Part shown: in pieces, positions 39,450-48,575 of the stretch
How the letters are laid out: each line of letters starts with the position of its first letter
How positions within the stretch are numbered: position 1 is the first letter of the stretch
Assembly: GCA_964389905.1 (NCBI GenBank)
Contig: CAYMGD010000001.1
Location: forward strand, 47,334 to 111,333
Reading direction: 5' to 3'
Source: an uncultured Coprobacillus sp.
GTDB taxonomy: Bacteria; Bacillota_I; Bacilli_A; ML615J-28; CAG-698
Length of the DNA stretch: 64,000 nucleotides
Translations under genes and position numbers: made by a program
The notes under the pieces: model-generated
Told to the model about the DNA's origin: nothing
Database searches by the model: none
The model's input: the letters and a program-made list of their open reading frames with translations, nothing else

Positions 39450-40409
39450 CTAAAAAAATAATGAAATATTATCAAACTGTGTTTCCCAATCAATAGGAAG
39501 AATATTTATCAAATCAAAACTAATTGTACATTTTTCAAATTTTTTTATAAGTTTTGAAATTTTTTGTTTTAATTTATTCCTTTCAGATTGATTTAAAAAT
39601 TTACTTATTGCATATATTCTAGAAAATAAATCTGTTTGACTTGTCATATTAAATGCTACTGCTTCTTGGCTTGATTTACTAACAATACTTGACGTAGTAC
39701 CTATAACCCTATTATGGTGAGCACATTTATTACGCAAGTTTCTAACAGCATTTAGCCAAGTATCAAACTCTTTTGCAATCCTTTTATTAACATTTTTAAC
39801 ATTATACATTTTTGATAATATTTTGTTTCTGTGAACCGCATTTAAATATTCAAACAAAGTTACAATTGTTCCAAAATCAACATATTCAAACAATACCCAA
39901 GCAGGTAACTTCTCTTTATAATATTGACCACCTGTTCTATAATCCTTTAGTTCAGGATATTTTTTTACATCTGTTCTTATTGATTTTTCCTTTTCTTTTA
40001 GTTCATTAAGAAATTTAGGAAATGCAGCAATATTTTTGTTTCTTGATACTTTATTTTTTTCACTTTTTGAAGGAGTATAATAACTTTGATCCAAATAAAA
40101 TGTAGGATTAGAAGTACTAATAGTCATATAATAGCTTACATAATTTCTAAATACAATTTCAACATTACGAATTATTTTAAATAACTCCATTTTTAGTTCA
40201 TTATCAAACTCATATGGATTAAATAAAAATTTAGAATTAGGTTTTTTCTTTAAAACTGATGAGTAACTAATTGCAAATTTCGCATATCTACTTACTCTAT
40301 AATAGCCATTTTTAAAAAGAAATTGACTCATTGCCTTTTTGCCAGAAAAAGTTATATATTTACCAATCTCTATTACCTGTTTATTTATATCTATTGCTAC
40401 ATTTTTCAT
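39450..40409 (-). CDS. Abi_2 family (AbiD/AbiF-like) abortive infection protein
   Basis: GYYRVSRYAKF, LPAWVLFEYVDFGTIVTLF, WLNAVRNLRNKCAHHNRV match Abi_2 conserved blocks. Start chosen at the ATG at 40409 with RBS AAGAGGA. The longer six-frame ORF runs into the flanking repeat. Confidence 0.65.
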   Translation of the reverse strand: MKNVAIDINKQVIEIGKYITFSGKKAMSQFLFKNGYYRVSRYAKFAISYSSVLKKKPNSKFLFNPYEFDNELKMELFKIIRNVEIVFRNYVSYYMTISTSNPTFYLDQSYYTPSKSEKNKVSRNKNIAAFPKFLNELKEKEKSIRTDVKKYPELKDYRTGGQYYKEKLPAWVLFEYVDFGTIVTLFEYLNAVHRNKILSKMYNVKNVNKRIAKEFDTWLNAVRNLRNKCAHHNRVIGTTSSIVSKSSQEAVAFNMTSQTDLFSRIYAISKFLNQSERNKLKQKISKLIKKFEKCTISFDLINILPIDWETQFDNISLFF

Positions 40410-40454
40410 AATTATCCTCTTATAAATAAAAAAGAATGGCATGCCACTCTTAAT

Positions 40455-40505
40455 CCCATAAATGGAATATTTGGATTCAGGCATTACCCAAGCCTTCCCA
40501 TGGTT
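40455..40505. repeat. ~50-bp direct repeat, copy 2
   Basis: See copy 1 (39348..39398). Confidence 0.8.
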
Positions 40506-41020
40506 CGCTAGTATTATATCATACTTTTAATTTTTTCAGTAAATAATATTTACGAAAACGTTTTCTATTTTCGATTAACACTAAAAAATATTATCTCCAT
40601 CCTGATTCTTTTTTATTTGATCTTCAAAATCCCTTTGTTCTTCTTTGCTTATTTCAAGAACATCTTTTTTTACTATTTTTACAATTATATTCCATATCCT
40701 TGGTAATAGAAATGCTATGACTAATCCCATCACAATTTTAAACCACATATTACTAATAAAAATTAAAACTATACTTATAAGTGTAAATAGTATAATAAAA
40801 CTATAAGAACAAATGGCATAGTTGTATAACTTGTAACCATATGAACTTTATGCCATATTTCTTCTGACTTCATACATATGTTTCTTTTTAATCCCTATGA
40901 TCCTCTTTTTAAATATTGAAAACTAATTACAATTATTAAGTATAGTATCATCGAAAATATATTAAGAACTGTCACTTGTAATTGTCAATAACAAATTTAA
41001 ACATTAATTTTTTTCTTTGA

Positions 41021-41195
41021 ATTATATAACAAAAAAATAAACAAGTTTTTTGTTTAAGTTTATTTAAAATTATATAAATATAGATATTTAGATAAATAGT
41101 AAATGAAAAAATACGACAAAATTTTTTTGAGTATTAGAAAATGTTATATGAAGATTATGCGACATAAATAATTGATACTTCAAATAAAAGATAGT
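41021..41195. repeat. ~200-bp imperfect direct repeat, copy 2
   Basis: See copy 1 (38724..38930). Confidence 0.7.
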
Positions 41196-41419
41196 TCAAA
41201 ACAAAATATCTAAAAATCCTAAGAAATATCCAATTTATAAGTCTAAAGGTTATTTTTAAAAGTATAATAAGCTATAAAACTATTATTTTCCCAAAAATAA
41301 GAAAAAAGCAAATAAAACAATAATTTAAAACGTTTACATTTCAAAACTCTTTGACATTTATCAATGTTTAATATATAATTTATGCTATATAAGTAAATGC
41401 GCTGAGCAGAAAAGAGTAA

Positions 41420-41650
41420 CAATTTGCATTTGTCTATAGAGAGTTATCGTTTGGTGTAAGATAACGACAAGGAATAGTGAAAATCATTCTGTTAGCTGTC
41501 GTCTGAAAATAATAATAATTACTAAATAATTATTATGATTAAGATGGATCGTTTGGCACCCGTTAAAGTGCTGAAATGTGTTAGCATTTTCAAAAAGTGG
41601 TACGGGTAATTGCACTTTCGTCTTTTTGAACGAAGGTGTTTTTTTAAATC
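41420..41650 (+). promoter_or_regulatory. T-box riboswitch-like leader upstream of the liv operon
   Basis: AGAGAG (AG box, 41438-41443), F-box CCGTTA (41560-41565), T-box-like AAAAAGTGGTACGGG (~41592-41606). Followed by an imperfect terminator hairpin (CACTTTCGTC / GAACGAAGGTG) and a T-run at 41639-41645. Confidence 0.5.
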
Positions 41651-41706
41651 TAACTACTTAAACTCAGGCTTCTTATATGAAATTATATAAAAAAGGAGAA
41701 AAATTT

Positions 41707-42840
41707 ATGAAAAAATTATTAAGTCTTGTTGTAGTATTGCTATGTGCATTCGCATTCTTAGGTTGTGGTGAAACAGAAGAAGAAACCGTCACATTCGGTA
41801 TCTTAGGACCTTTTAGTGGAAGTTTACAAGTTTATGGCTCTTCAGTAAAAGAAGGAGCATTACTTGCTATTGAAGATTTAAATAGTAATGGTGGAATCCT
41901 TGGTAAAAAAGTTGTAGCTGTTTCTCAAGATGATGAAGGTGATTCAAAGAGCGTTTTATCTGCTTATAACAAAATGGCTGATGATATCGATTTCCTAATT
42001 GGTGAAGTAACAAGTGGTAACACTGAAATCGTTGCTGCTCAAATCAACACTGACAAAATGCCTACAATTACACCAAGTGCGACTGCAGCAGGTGTAACAA
42101 AAGATAGAGAATATATGTTTAGAGCTTGTTTCTTAGATCCTACACAAGGTGAAACAATGGCTTTATATGCTAAAGAAGAATTAAAAGTTACAAAAGTCGG
42201 TGTTGTATATGATGATTCTGATGATTATTCAAAAGGTGTAGCAGAAGCATTTAAGGCTGAAGCTGAAGAATTAGGTTTAGAAGTTGCTTTTTACGAAGGT
42301 GGTCTACCAGCTGGTAAAAATGATGAAAGAAATACTATGATAACTAAAATTAAGAGCGAAAATCCTGATGCTGTATTTGCACCTATTTATTATCAAGATG
42401 CTGCTTTATTAGCTCAAGGATTAAGAAAAGTTGGATATGATAAACCTTTATTAGGTGCAGATGGCTTTGATGGCGTTTTATCACAATTAGAAGGAACTGG
42501 TGATTATTCAGCTGCAAACAATGTTTATTTCTCAAATCATTACTGCTCTTCTGAAGCAAGTATTCAAGAATTTATAACTAAATATCAAAACAAATATGGA
42601 AAAACTCCAACTTCATTTGCTGCATTAGCATATGATTCAGTTATGATGGCTGCAAAAGCAATGGAAAGTGCTAAATCAACTGATAAAGAAGCTGTTAAAG
42701 CTGCTTTACAAACAGAAACATTTACAGGATTATTAACTGGTGATATCAAATTTGATGCAAGCGGTGATCCAATCAAAACTATCTCAATATGCGAATATAA
42801 AGATGGTGCAATGGTTCTAGCTAAAAAATATACAAAATAA
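41707..42840 (+). CDS. livK: Branched-chain amino acid ABC transporter substrate-binding lipoprotein (LivK/LivJ-like)
   Basis: Signal peptide plus lipobox LLCAFAFLGCG. Periplasmic-binding-protein type I fold motifs. RBS AAAGGAG. Confidence 0.75.
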   Translation: MKKLLSLVVVLLCAFAFLGCGETEEETVTFGILGPFSGSLQVYGSSVKEGALLAIEDLNSNGGILGKKVVAVSQDDEGDSKSVLSAYNKMADDIDFLIGEVTSGNTEIVAAQINTDKMPTITPSATAAGVTKDREYMFRACFLDPTQGETMALYAKEELKVTKVGVVYDDSDDYSKGVAEAFKAEAEELGLEVAFYEGGLPAGKNDERNTMITKIKSENPDAVFAPIYYQDAALLAQGLRKVGYDKPLLGADGFDGVLSQLEGTGDYSAANNVYFSNHYCSSEASIQEFITKYQNKYGKTPTSFAALAYDSVMMAAKAMESAKSTDKEAVKAALQTETFTGLLTGDIKFDASGDPIKTISICEYKDGAMVLAKKYTK

Positions 42841-42913
42841 TAAAAATAAAAAAGCCTATTCTATAGAATTATCTATTTTATAGGCTTTCCTCATATAAAG
42901 AAAGGATATAAAT

Positions 42914-43801
42914 ATGAGCGACATTATAAATCAAATTATTCTTGGAATTCAAACTGGTAGCATATATGCCTTAGTGGCAATAGGGTATACGATGGTTTAT
43001 GGTATTATTCGTCTAATAAACTTTGCTCATGGTGATTTTATTATGGTGGCTTGTTTTATGATGTATACTTTTTGGTATATGCTTGGTTTACCAGCAATTC
43101 TAGGAATAATTATTTCAATCCTTCTAACAATTGTTTTAGGATTGTTAACTGAACGAATTGCTTATAGACCACTAAGAAAAAACAATTCGCCTTCGATAAC
43201 AGCTTTAATAACTGCAATAGCAGTAAGCTTACTTTTACAAAATTCTTTTCAGAGAATTTATGGTGGAGATCAAAAAATGTATGGAGAAATAATTCCTAGC
43301 AAACAAATAAATGTTGGAGGTATTTCTTTCGATAACATTTCAGTTATTACAATTGGTATTTCAATTTTATTTATGGTTTTATTATCTTTATTTATTCAGA
43401 AAACTAAAACTGGAAAAGCGATGCGTGCTGTTAGTGAAAACCCTGATGCTGCTCGCTTAATGGGAATAAATATTGATAAAACAATTGCTATAACATTTGT
43501 AATTGGTACATTCTTAGCAGGTGTTGCTGCTATAATGTATTTTATGAAGTACGGAGCAATTGAACCACTACTTGGATCAAATTTAGGTTTATATGCCTTT
43601 GTTGCTGCTGTTGTTGGAGGCATTGGCAGTATACCTGGGGCGTGTTTAGGTGGCTTTTTGATAGGTTTAATAAAAGTATTACCTATTATATTAAATATAA
43701 ATAGTGCTTTCTCAGATATATTCTTATTTGGTATATTGATTATTATTTTAATATTTAAACCAGCAGGAATATTCGGAAAGAATGTTAGAGAGAAGGTGTA
43801 A
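42914..43801 (+). CDS. livH: Branched-chain amino acid ABC transporter permease (LivH-like)
   Basis: 295 aa polytopic. N-terminal IILGIQTGSIYALVAIGYTMVYGIIRLINFAHGD is typical of LivH. Confidence 0.75.
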   Translation: MSDIINQIILGIQTGSIYALVAIGYTMVYGIIRLINFAHGDFIMVACFMMYTFWYMLGLPAILGIIISILLTIVLGLLTERIAYRPLRKNNSPSITALITAIAVSLLLQNSFQRIYGGDQKMYGEIIPSKQINVGGISFDNISVITIGISILFMVLLSLFIQKTKTGKAMRAVSENPDAARLMGINIDKTIAITFVIGTFLAGVAAIMYFMKYGAIEPLLGSNLGLYAFVAAVVGGIGSIPGACLGGFLIGLIKVLPIILNINSAFSDIFLFGILIIILIFKPAGIFGKNVREKV

Positions 43802-43803
43802 TT

Positions 43804-44961
43804 ATGGATAAAAATATGAATTCAATGGTTCCATTATTTTCTCGAAAAAAACCTTATTTAATTAATTTAATATCTTGTATAGCTTTAGTTGCATTAGTAT
43901 ATGTAACTTTAGGTGCTGATTTCTCAAAATCAATTTATGTTAACCTAATAGGTATTAACTTTAGACAAATGTTAGGTTTAGCCTTTGTACTATCTTATAC
44001 CATAATACTTGCTGTTTCGTTAAACTTATCTTCTGGTTGTTTAGGAGAACTTGTATTAGGTCATGCGGGATTTATGGCTATAGGAGCTTATGCGGGTTCT
44101 TTATTCCTCAAAGGAATGGGTGATGCAGCAACTAACAATAATATATATACTGTTTTAGCAATAATAATTGGCTTTGCTTCAGCTGGCGTTGCTGGAATAT
44201 TAGTTGGTATACCTGCTTTAAGATTAAGAGGCGATTATCTAGCTATTATCACATTAGGCTTTGGCCAAATAATAGTAAAATTAATCGAAATATTTGATTT
44301 TACTGGTGGAGCTGCAGGTCTAAACAAAATTCCAACAAATAAAAACTTAATACTTTATGTTGTAATTGTAATAATTGTTATATCTGTTCTCTTTACTTTC
44401 ATGAGATCAAAATATGGAAGAACAATAATAGCTATCAGAGATGATGCTATAGCTGCTGAAGCATCTGGCGTAAATGTAACGAAATATAAAATTGCAACTT
44501 TTGCCTTTTCAGCTGCTTTAGCGGGAATTGGTGGCGTCTTATTTGCCCAATATCAAGGAACATTAAGACCAAATGATTTTGCTTTTGACTATTCAATAGA
44601 CTTACTTGTAATTGTAGTTTTAGGTGGTTTAGGATCATTTACTGGTTCAATCATTTCCGCAATCGTTTTAACATTATTACCAGAATCATTAAGATTCCTT
44701 GCTGATTATAGATTAATAATATATTCTGTTATTCTAATTATAATTATGTTAACTAAACCAGGAGGATTACTAGGAAGATATGAGTTCTCGATGACTCGTT
44801 TCTTACGTTTATTACCTCAAAGGATTAAGAATTTCCCAGCTAATTTCATAAAATTTATAAAGGGTATCCCTGAATTTGTAAAAGGCATTGGAAGAAGAAT
44901 AAAAAGCCGTATCCCAAAAGGCTTAAACAAAATAAAAAATGTATTTAAGGGAGGATACTAG
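43804..44961 (+). CDS. livM: Branched-chain amino acid ABC transporter permease (LivM-like)
   Basis: 385 aa polytopic. LGHAGFMAIGAYAG, ALRLRGDYLAIITLGFG. Confidence 0.7.
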   Translation: MDKNMNSMVPLFSRKKPYLINLISCIALVALVYVTLGADFSKSIYVNLIGINFRQMLGLAFVLSYTIILAVSLNLSSGCLGELVLGHAGFMAIGAYAGSLFLKGMGDAATNNNIYTVLAIIIGFASAGVAGILVGIPALRLRGDYLAIITLGFGQIIVKLIEIFDFTGGAAGLNKIPTNKNLILYVVIVIIVISVLFTFMRSKYGRTIIAIRDDAIAAEASGVNVTKYKIATFAFSAALAGIGGVLFAQYQGTLRPNDFAFDYSIDLLVIVVLGGLGSFTGSIISAIVLTLLPESLRFLADYRLIIYSVILIIIMLTKPGGLLGRYEFSMTRFLRLLPQRIKNFPANFIKFIKGIPEFVKGIGRRIKSRIPKGLNKIKNVFKGGY

Positions 44962-44962
44962 T

Positions 44963-45730
44963 ATGGACAAAAAGATTATTCTTGAAGCAAAAGATATTAG
45001 TATCGAATTTGGAGGCTTAAAAGCTGTATCAAACTTCAATATAACAATTAGAGAAAATGAACTAGTTGGACTAATTGGTCCAAACGGAGCAGGTAAAACA
45101 ACTGTTTTCAACCTTCTAACAGGAGTATATAAACCAACACATGGCGAAGTATATTTAGAAGGAGAAAATATAACTAAGTTTTCTTCTCACGTAAGAGTAT
45201 CAAAAGGAATAACAAGGACATTCCAAAATATTCGTTTATTTAAGAAAATGTCAGTAATGGATAATATCAAAACAGCTTGTGGATTCAAAATGAAATATTC
45301 ACCATTTGATGCAATCTTTAGAACTAAAAAGTTCTGGAGAATTGAAAAAGAAGTTAATGATGAAGTTAACGAAATAGTTGAGATATTAGGTTTAAAGGAT
45401 TTCACTGAAGAAATTGCGGCAAATCTTCCTTATGGTATGCAAAGAAAGTTAGAAATTGCTCGAGCATTAGCTACTTCACCTAAAATCATTTTGTTAGATG
45501 AACCAGCCGCTGGAATGAATCCTACTGAAACAGAGGAATTAATGAGAACAATAAAACTTGTAAGAGAAAGATTTAATACATCAATTTTATTAATTGAACA
45601 TGATATGAAACTTGTTATGGGAATATGTGAATGGATAACAGTGTTATCATTTGGCCAAATAATTGCCTCTGGTTCACCAGAAGAAATAAAAAATAATCCT
45701 GAAGTTATTTCAGCATATTTAGGAGAATAA
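44963..45730 (+). CDS. livG: Branched-chain amino acid ABC transporter ATP-binding protein (LivG-like)
   Basis: Walker A GPNGAGKTT, signature LPYGMQRKLEIARAL, Walker B ILLDEPAAG. RBS GGGAGG before the ATG at 44963. Confidence 0.8.
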   Translation: MDKKIILEAKDISIEFGGLKAVSNFNITIRENELVGLIGPNGAGKTTVFNLLTGVYKPTHGEVYLEGENITKFSSHVRVSKGITRTFQNIRLFKKMSVMDNIKTACGFKMKYSPFDAIFRTKKFWRIEKEVNDEVNEIVEILGLKDFTEEIAANLPYGMQRKLEIARALATSPKIILLDEPAAGMNPTETEELMRTIKLVRERFNTSILLIEHDMKLVMGICEWITVLSFGQIIASGSPEEIKNNPEVISAYLGE

Positions 45731-45731
45731 T

Positions 45732-46649
45732 ATGTTAAGCGTTAGGAATTTAAAAGTAACTTATAATGGCAATATCAAAGCTATTAAAGGAATAGATTTA
45801 GATGTAAATAAAGGCGAAATAGTAGTTCTTATTGGAGCAAATGGAGCTGGTAAAACAACTTTATTAAGAGCTTTAACAGGACTAGTAAAAGCTGATGAAG
45901 ATTCACATGCTAACCTAGATTTAACTGATTTAGTTGACAGAAGAACTCTAAACCGATTTGCTGGGCCTAAAATCACTGATAGACTGTTAGCAGTTTATGG
46001 GACAAGTGAAAAGGCATTTGAGAAAATCAAAAGTGATGAAGATATAACTTTAGAAGTTTTCAAAAAAAGCTCTTTTCTTAAAAAACGTAAGATTAATAAA
46101 CTAAGATTCAAATATAATAAATATGCTAAAGCAGATATTCTCAAAGTTCCTTCATACGAAGGTATAATGTATGGCGTAAGTCACGTTCCTGAAGGAAGAC
46201 AAGTTTTTGCTGGTCTAACAGTAAAAGAAAACTTAGAGATGGGAGCATTTAAACGCCATAACAACCAAAAGATAAAAGCAGATTTAGAAGAAATATACAA
46301 ATTATTTCCAAGACTAGAAGAAAGAAAAAAACAAAAAGCTGGAACTTTATCAGGAGGAGAACAACAAATGCTTGCTATTGCTAGAGCAATGATGAGTAAA
46401 CCTAAGATTCTCTTTCTTGATGAACCATCTATGGGTTTATCTCCAATCTTTGTTTCTGAAGTGTTTGATATTATCAAATCACTAAACGAAAAAGGAACAA
46501 CAATTTTGTTAGTTGAGCAAAATGCTAAGGCAGCTTTAAGTATTGCTGATAGAGGATATGTTCTAGAAACAGGAAAAGTTGTTCTCGAAGGAACAGGAAA
46601 AGAATTACTCGAAAATGAGCAAGTTAAAACTGCTTATTTAGGAATATAA
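45732..46649 (+). CDS. livF: Branched-chain amino acid ABC transporter ATP-binding protein (LivF-like) with a ~70-aa insertion after the Walker A motif
   Basis: Walker A GANGAGKTT, signature LSGGEQQMLAIARAM, Walker B LFLDEPSMG. Total 305 aa against the ~235 aa usual for LivF. Confidence 0.7.
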   Translation: MLSVRNLKVTYNGNIKAIKGIDLDVNKGEIVVLIGANGAGKTTLLRALTGLVKADEDSHANLDLTDLVDRRTLNRFAGPKITDRLLAVYGTSEKAFEKIKSDEDITLEVFKKSSFLKKRKINKLRFKYNKYAKADILKVPSYEGIMYGVSHVPEGRQVFAGLTVKENLEMGAFKRHNNQKIKADLEEIYKLFPRLEERKKQKAGTLSGGEQQMLAIARAMMSKPKILFLDEPSMGLSPIFVSEVFDIIKSLNEKGTTILLVEQNAKAALSIADRGYVLETGKVVLEGTGKELLENEQVKTAYLGI

Positions 46650-46654
46650 AATGT

Positions 46655-46680
46655 CACTAGATTTCTAGTGATTTTTTTAT
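46655..46680 (+). terminator. Rho-independent terminator (TCACTAG-ATTTC-TAGTGA + T7)
   Basis: Perfect stem then TTTTTTT after the livF stop. Confidence 0.7.
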
Positions 46681-46769
46681 GGTGATAGGTATATAAATAA
46701 TAATTCATTTTTTCTTTATTATTTATAGAAAGTATTGTATAATTATGATATAGATATTTGGAGGTAGAA

Positions 46770-47213
46770 ATGATTGATTTGTTCAAGGTTGGATATAAAA
46801 TATCGCAATACAGAAAAAAACTTAATTTATCACAAGAAGAACTTTCTGAAAAACTACATTATACAAAAGAAGAAATTGCAAAGATGGAAAATGGTATAAT
46901 TGCACCTACTATTGATAATATATTTGAACTTTGCAAAATGTTTAATACTAATTTTGATGATTTATTATGCTTAGATGAAATGAGAGTAGATGATGCTTGT
47001 TTTTTTACTACTTTTGGAAGAGAAAAAGCAGTCAATAACATTGTTTCAGGAAAAATAAAAGTTAATTTACCAGAAATTTTTTCTGAATTCACTTATAGAG
47101 AAAGAAGAAGATTACTAAATAAACTTAAAGATAAGAAGTTATATTGTGATTTGACACAACTTGCTTCAAATCTAACAGAAGAAGAAAAAAAGTATTTATT
47201 TGGAGAAATATAA
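46770..47213 (+). CDS. XRE-family HTH transcriptional regulator
   Basis: LSQEELSEKLHYTKEEIAKMENG is an HTH_XRE motif. RBS GGAGG before the ATG at 46770. Confidence 0.65.
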   Translation: MIDLFKVGYKISQYRKKLNLSQEELSEKLHYTKEEIAKMENGIIAPTIDNIFELCKMFNTNFDDLLCLDEMRVDDACFFTTFGREKAVNNIVSGKIKVNLPEIFSEFTYRERRRLLNKLKDKKLYCDLTQLASNLTEEEKKYLFGEI

Positions 47214-47214
47214 A

Positions 47215-48459
47215 ATGAAATTAAAAAAAGTTGTTATCAATGATAATGAATACTATAAAAATGAAGACGAAGAAAACAAAAATGCTGAAACTAAATCAAA
47301 TGATAGTTATACTATATTAAATATTAATGATTTTTTTGCTTTGGATGATGAAGATGATGACGTAGATAACTGGGAAGATGAAGATTGGGATGATGAAGAT
47401 TGGGAAGATGACGATTGGGAAGATGATGATTGGGAAGACGAAGATTGGGATGATGACGATTGGGAAGATGATGATTGGGAAGATGACGACTGGGATGATG
47501 AAGATGACGACTGGGATGATGAAGATGACGATTTAATTGTGGAAACATTTGAGAATCCACCAATAAAAGCAAATCTAACAGCAGGTGTAAGGTTTATAGA
47601 AAGAGTAGCTCTAGATGAAATTATAGAATTTTATATGGAGGAAAAACTAAAAGTTTTAAGTGGGAATATTTTATCAATTATTCCATTTGTATCAAAAGAA
47701 ACCGCAAACAATTTGTTTTTATGTGCAGTTCAAAAAGGTGAAACAATAGAACTTGGCACTATTGTAAAATATATATCAAAAGAAGTTCTAGAAGAATTTG
47801 CTGATTTATATATGAAAGGTAAAACAAACTATGCCAAAATATATATACCATTAATCGCTTCATTCTTATCAAAAGAAACTGTGACTAAAATGTTTATAAA
47901 TGAAATGGAAAAAGGAACATATTTTGAACCTCATACAATGGCTCCATATGTATTAAAAGAAGACCTTGATGAATTTGTTAATTTGTATATGGCAGGTAAA
48001 ACAAATTGCGAAAATATGAATATGTCATCAATAGCTTCTTTATTATCAAGGGAAGTTGCAGGAAAACTATTCATTTATTTAGTTCGAAGAGGAGATAATG
48101 TTTCTATTCATCAAATAATTTCATATATACCACGAGAAGAACTTGAAGAATTTGTTGATTTGTATGTTTCAGGTAAAACGAATTGTGATAATGTAAATAT
48201 GAGAAAACTTGCTCCATATATATCAAGAGAAGCAATTGGTAAATTATTTATTAATGCAATAGAAAAAGGAGAAGATATTGATATTTATTCAATTATTCCT
48301 TTTATAGGGGTTAGAACCTTAGATAAACTTGTTGAGGGATATGTAAATGGAAAATATCAAAATATTGATTTAAATAAGATATATCCATTCTTAAGCAAGA
48401 AGTCAGTTACAAAACTTTTTACCTTTCTTTCAAAAAATAAACAAGAAAATTGTGAATAA
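47215..48459 (+). CDS. Acidic repeat protein: (D/E)3W x12 low-complexity tract followed by five ~50-aa repeats
   Basis: DEDWDDEDWEDDDWEDDDW... then five repeats of the form [F/Y]..LYM.GKTN..N.N.....A..LS.E...K.FI......G. Starts 1 nt after the XRE stop. Confidence 0.5.
   Translation: MKLKKVVINDNEYYKNEDEENKNAETKSNDSYTILNINDFFALDDEDDDVDNWEDEDWDDEDWEDDDWEDDDWEDEDWDDDDWEDDDWEDDDWDDEDDDWDDEDDDLIVETFENPPIKANLTAGVRFIERVALDEIIEFYMEEKLKVLSGNILSIIPFVSKETANNLFLCAVQKGETIELGTIVKYISKEVLEEFADLYMKGKTNYAKIYIPLIASFLSKETVTKMFINEMEKGTYFEPHTMAPYVLKEDLDEFVNLYMAGKTNCENMNMSSIASLLSREVAGKLFIYLVRRGDNVSIHQIISYIPREELEEFVDLYVSGKTNCDNVNMRKLAPYISREAIGKLFINAIEKGEDIDIYSIIPFIGVRTLDKLVEGYVNGKYQNIDLNKIYPFLSKKSVTKLFTFLSKNKQENCE
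47371..47532 (+). repeat. 12-bp tandem repeat (GATGA(A/C)GATTGG-like) x ~13 encoding the D/E-W tract
   Basis: Read directly from the sequence. Near-perfect periodicity. Confidence 0.8.
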
Positions 48460-48575
48460 CTACATAAAAATGTACTATTCACATTTTTATTTTTGAAAAT
48501 TAAAATATTGTTAATAAAGCAAGAAAATGGTATAATTATTACGTAAGCGCTAACAAAAGCTTTAAATTATATTAT

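Noticed and set aside
40560-40900. Possible small minus-strand membrane-peptide ORF (…MWFKIVMGLVIAFLLPRIWNIIVKIVKKDVLEISKEEQRDFEDQIKKNQDGDNIF)
   Set aside because: The in-frame upstream sequence has no convincing ATG or RBS. The only ATG leaves a 55-aa product. Could be a truncated gene. Not called as a feature.
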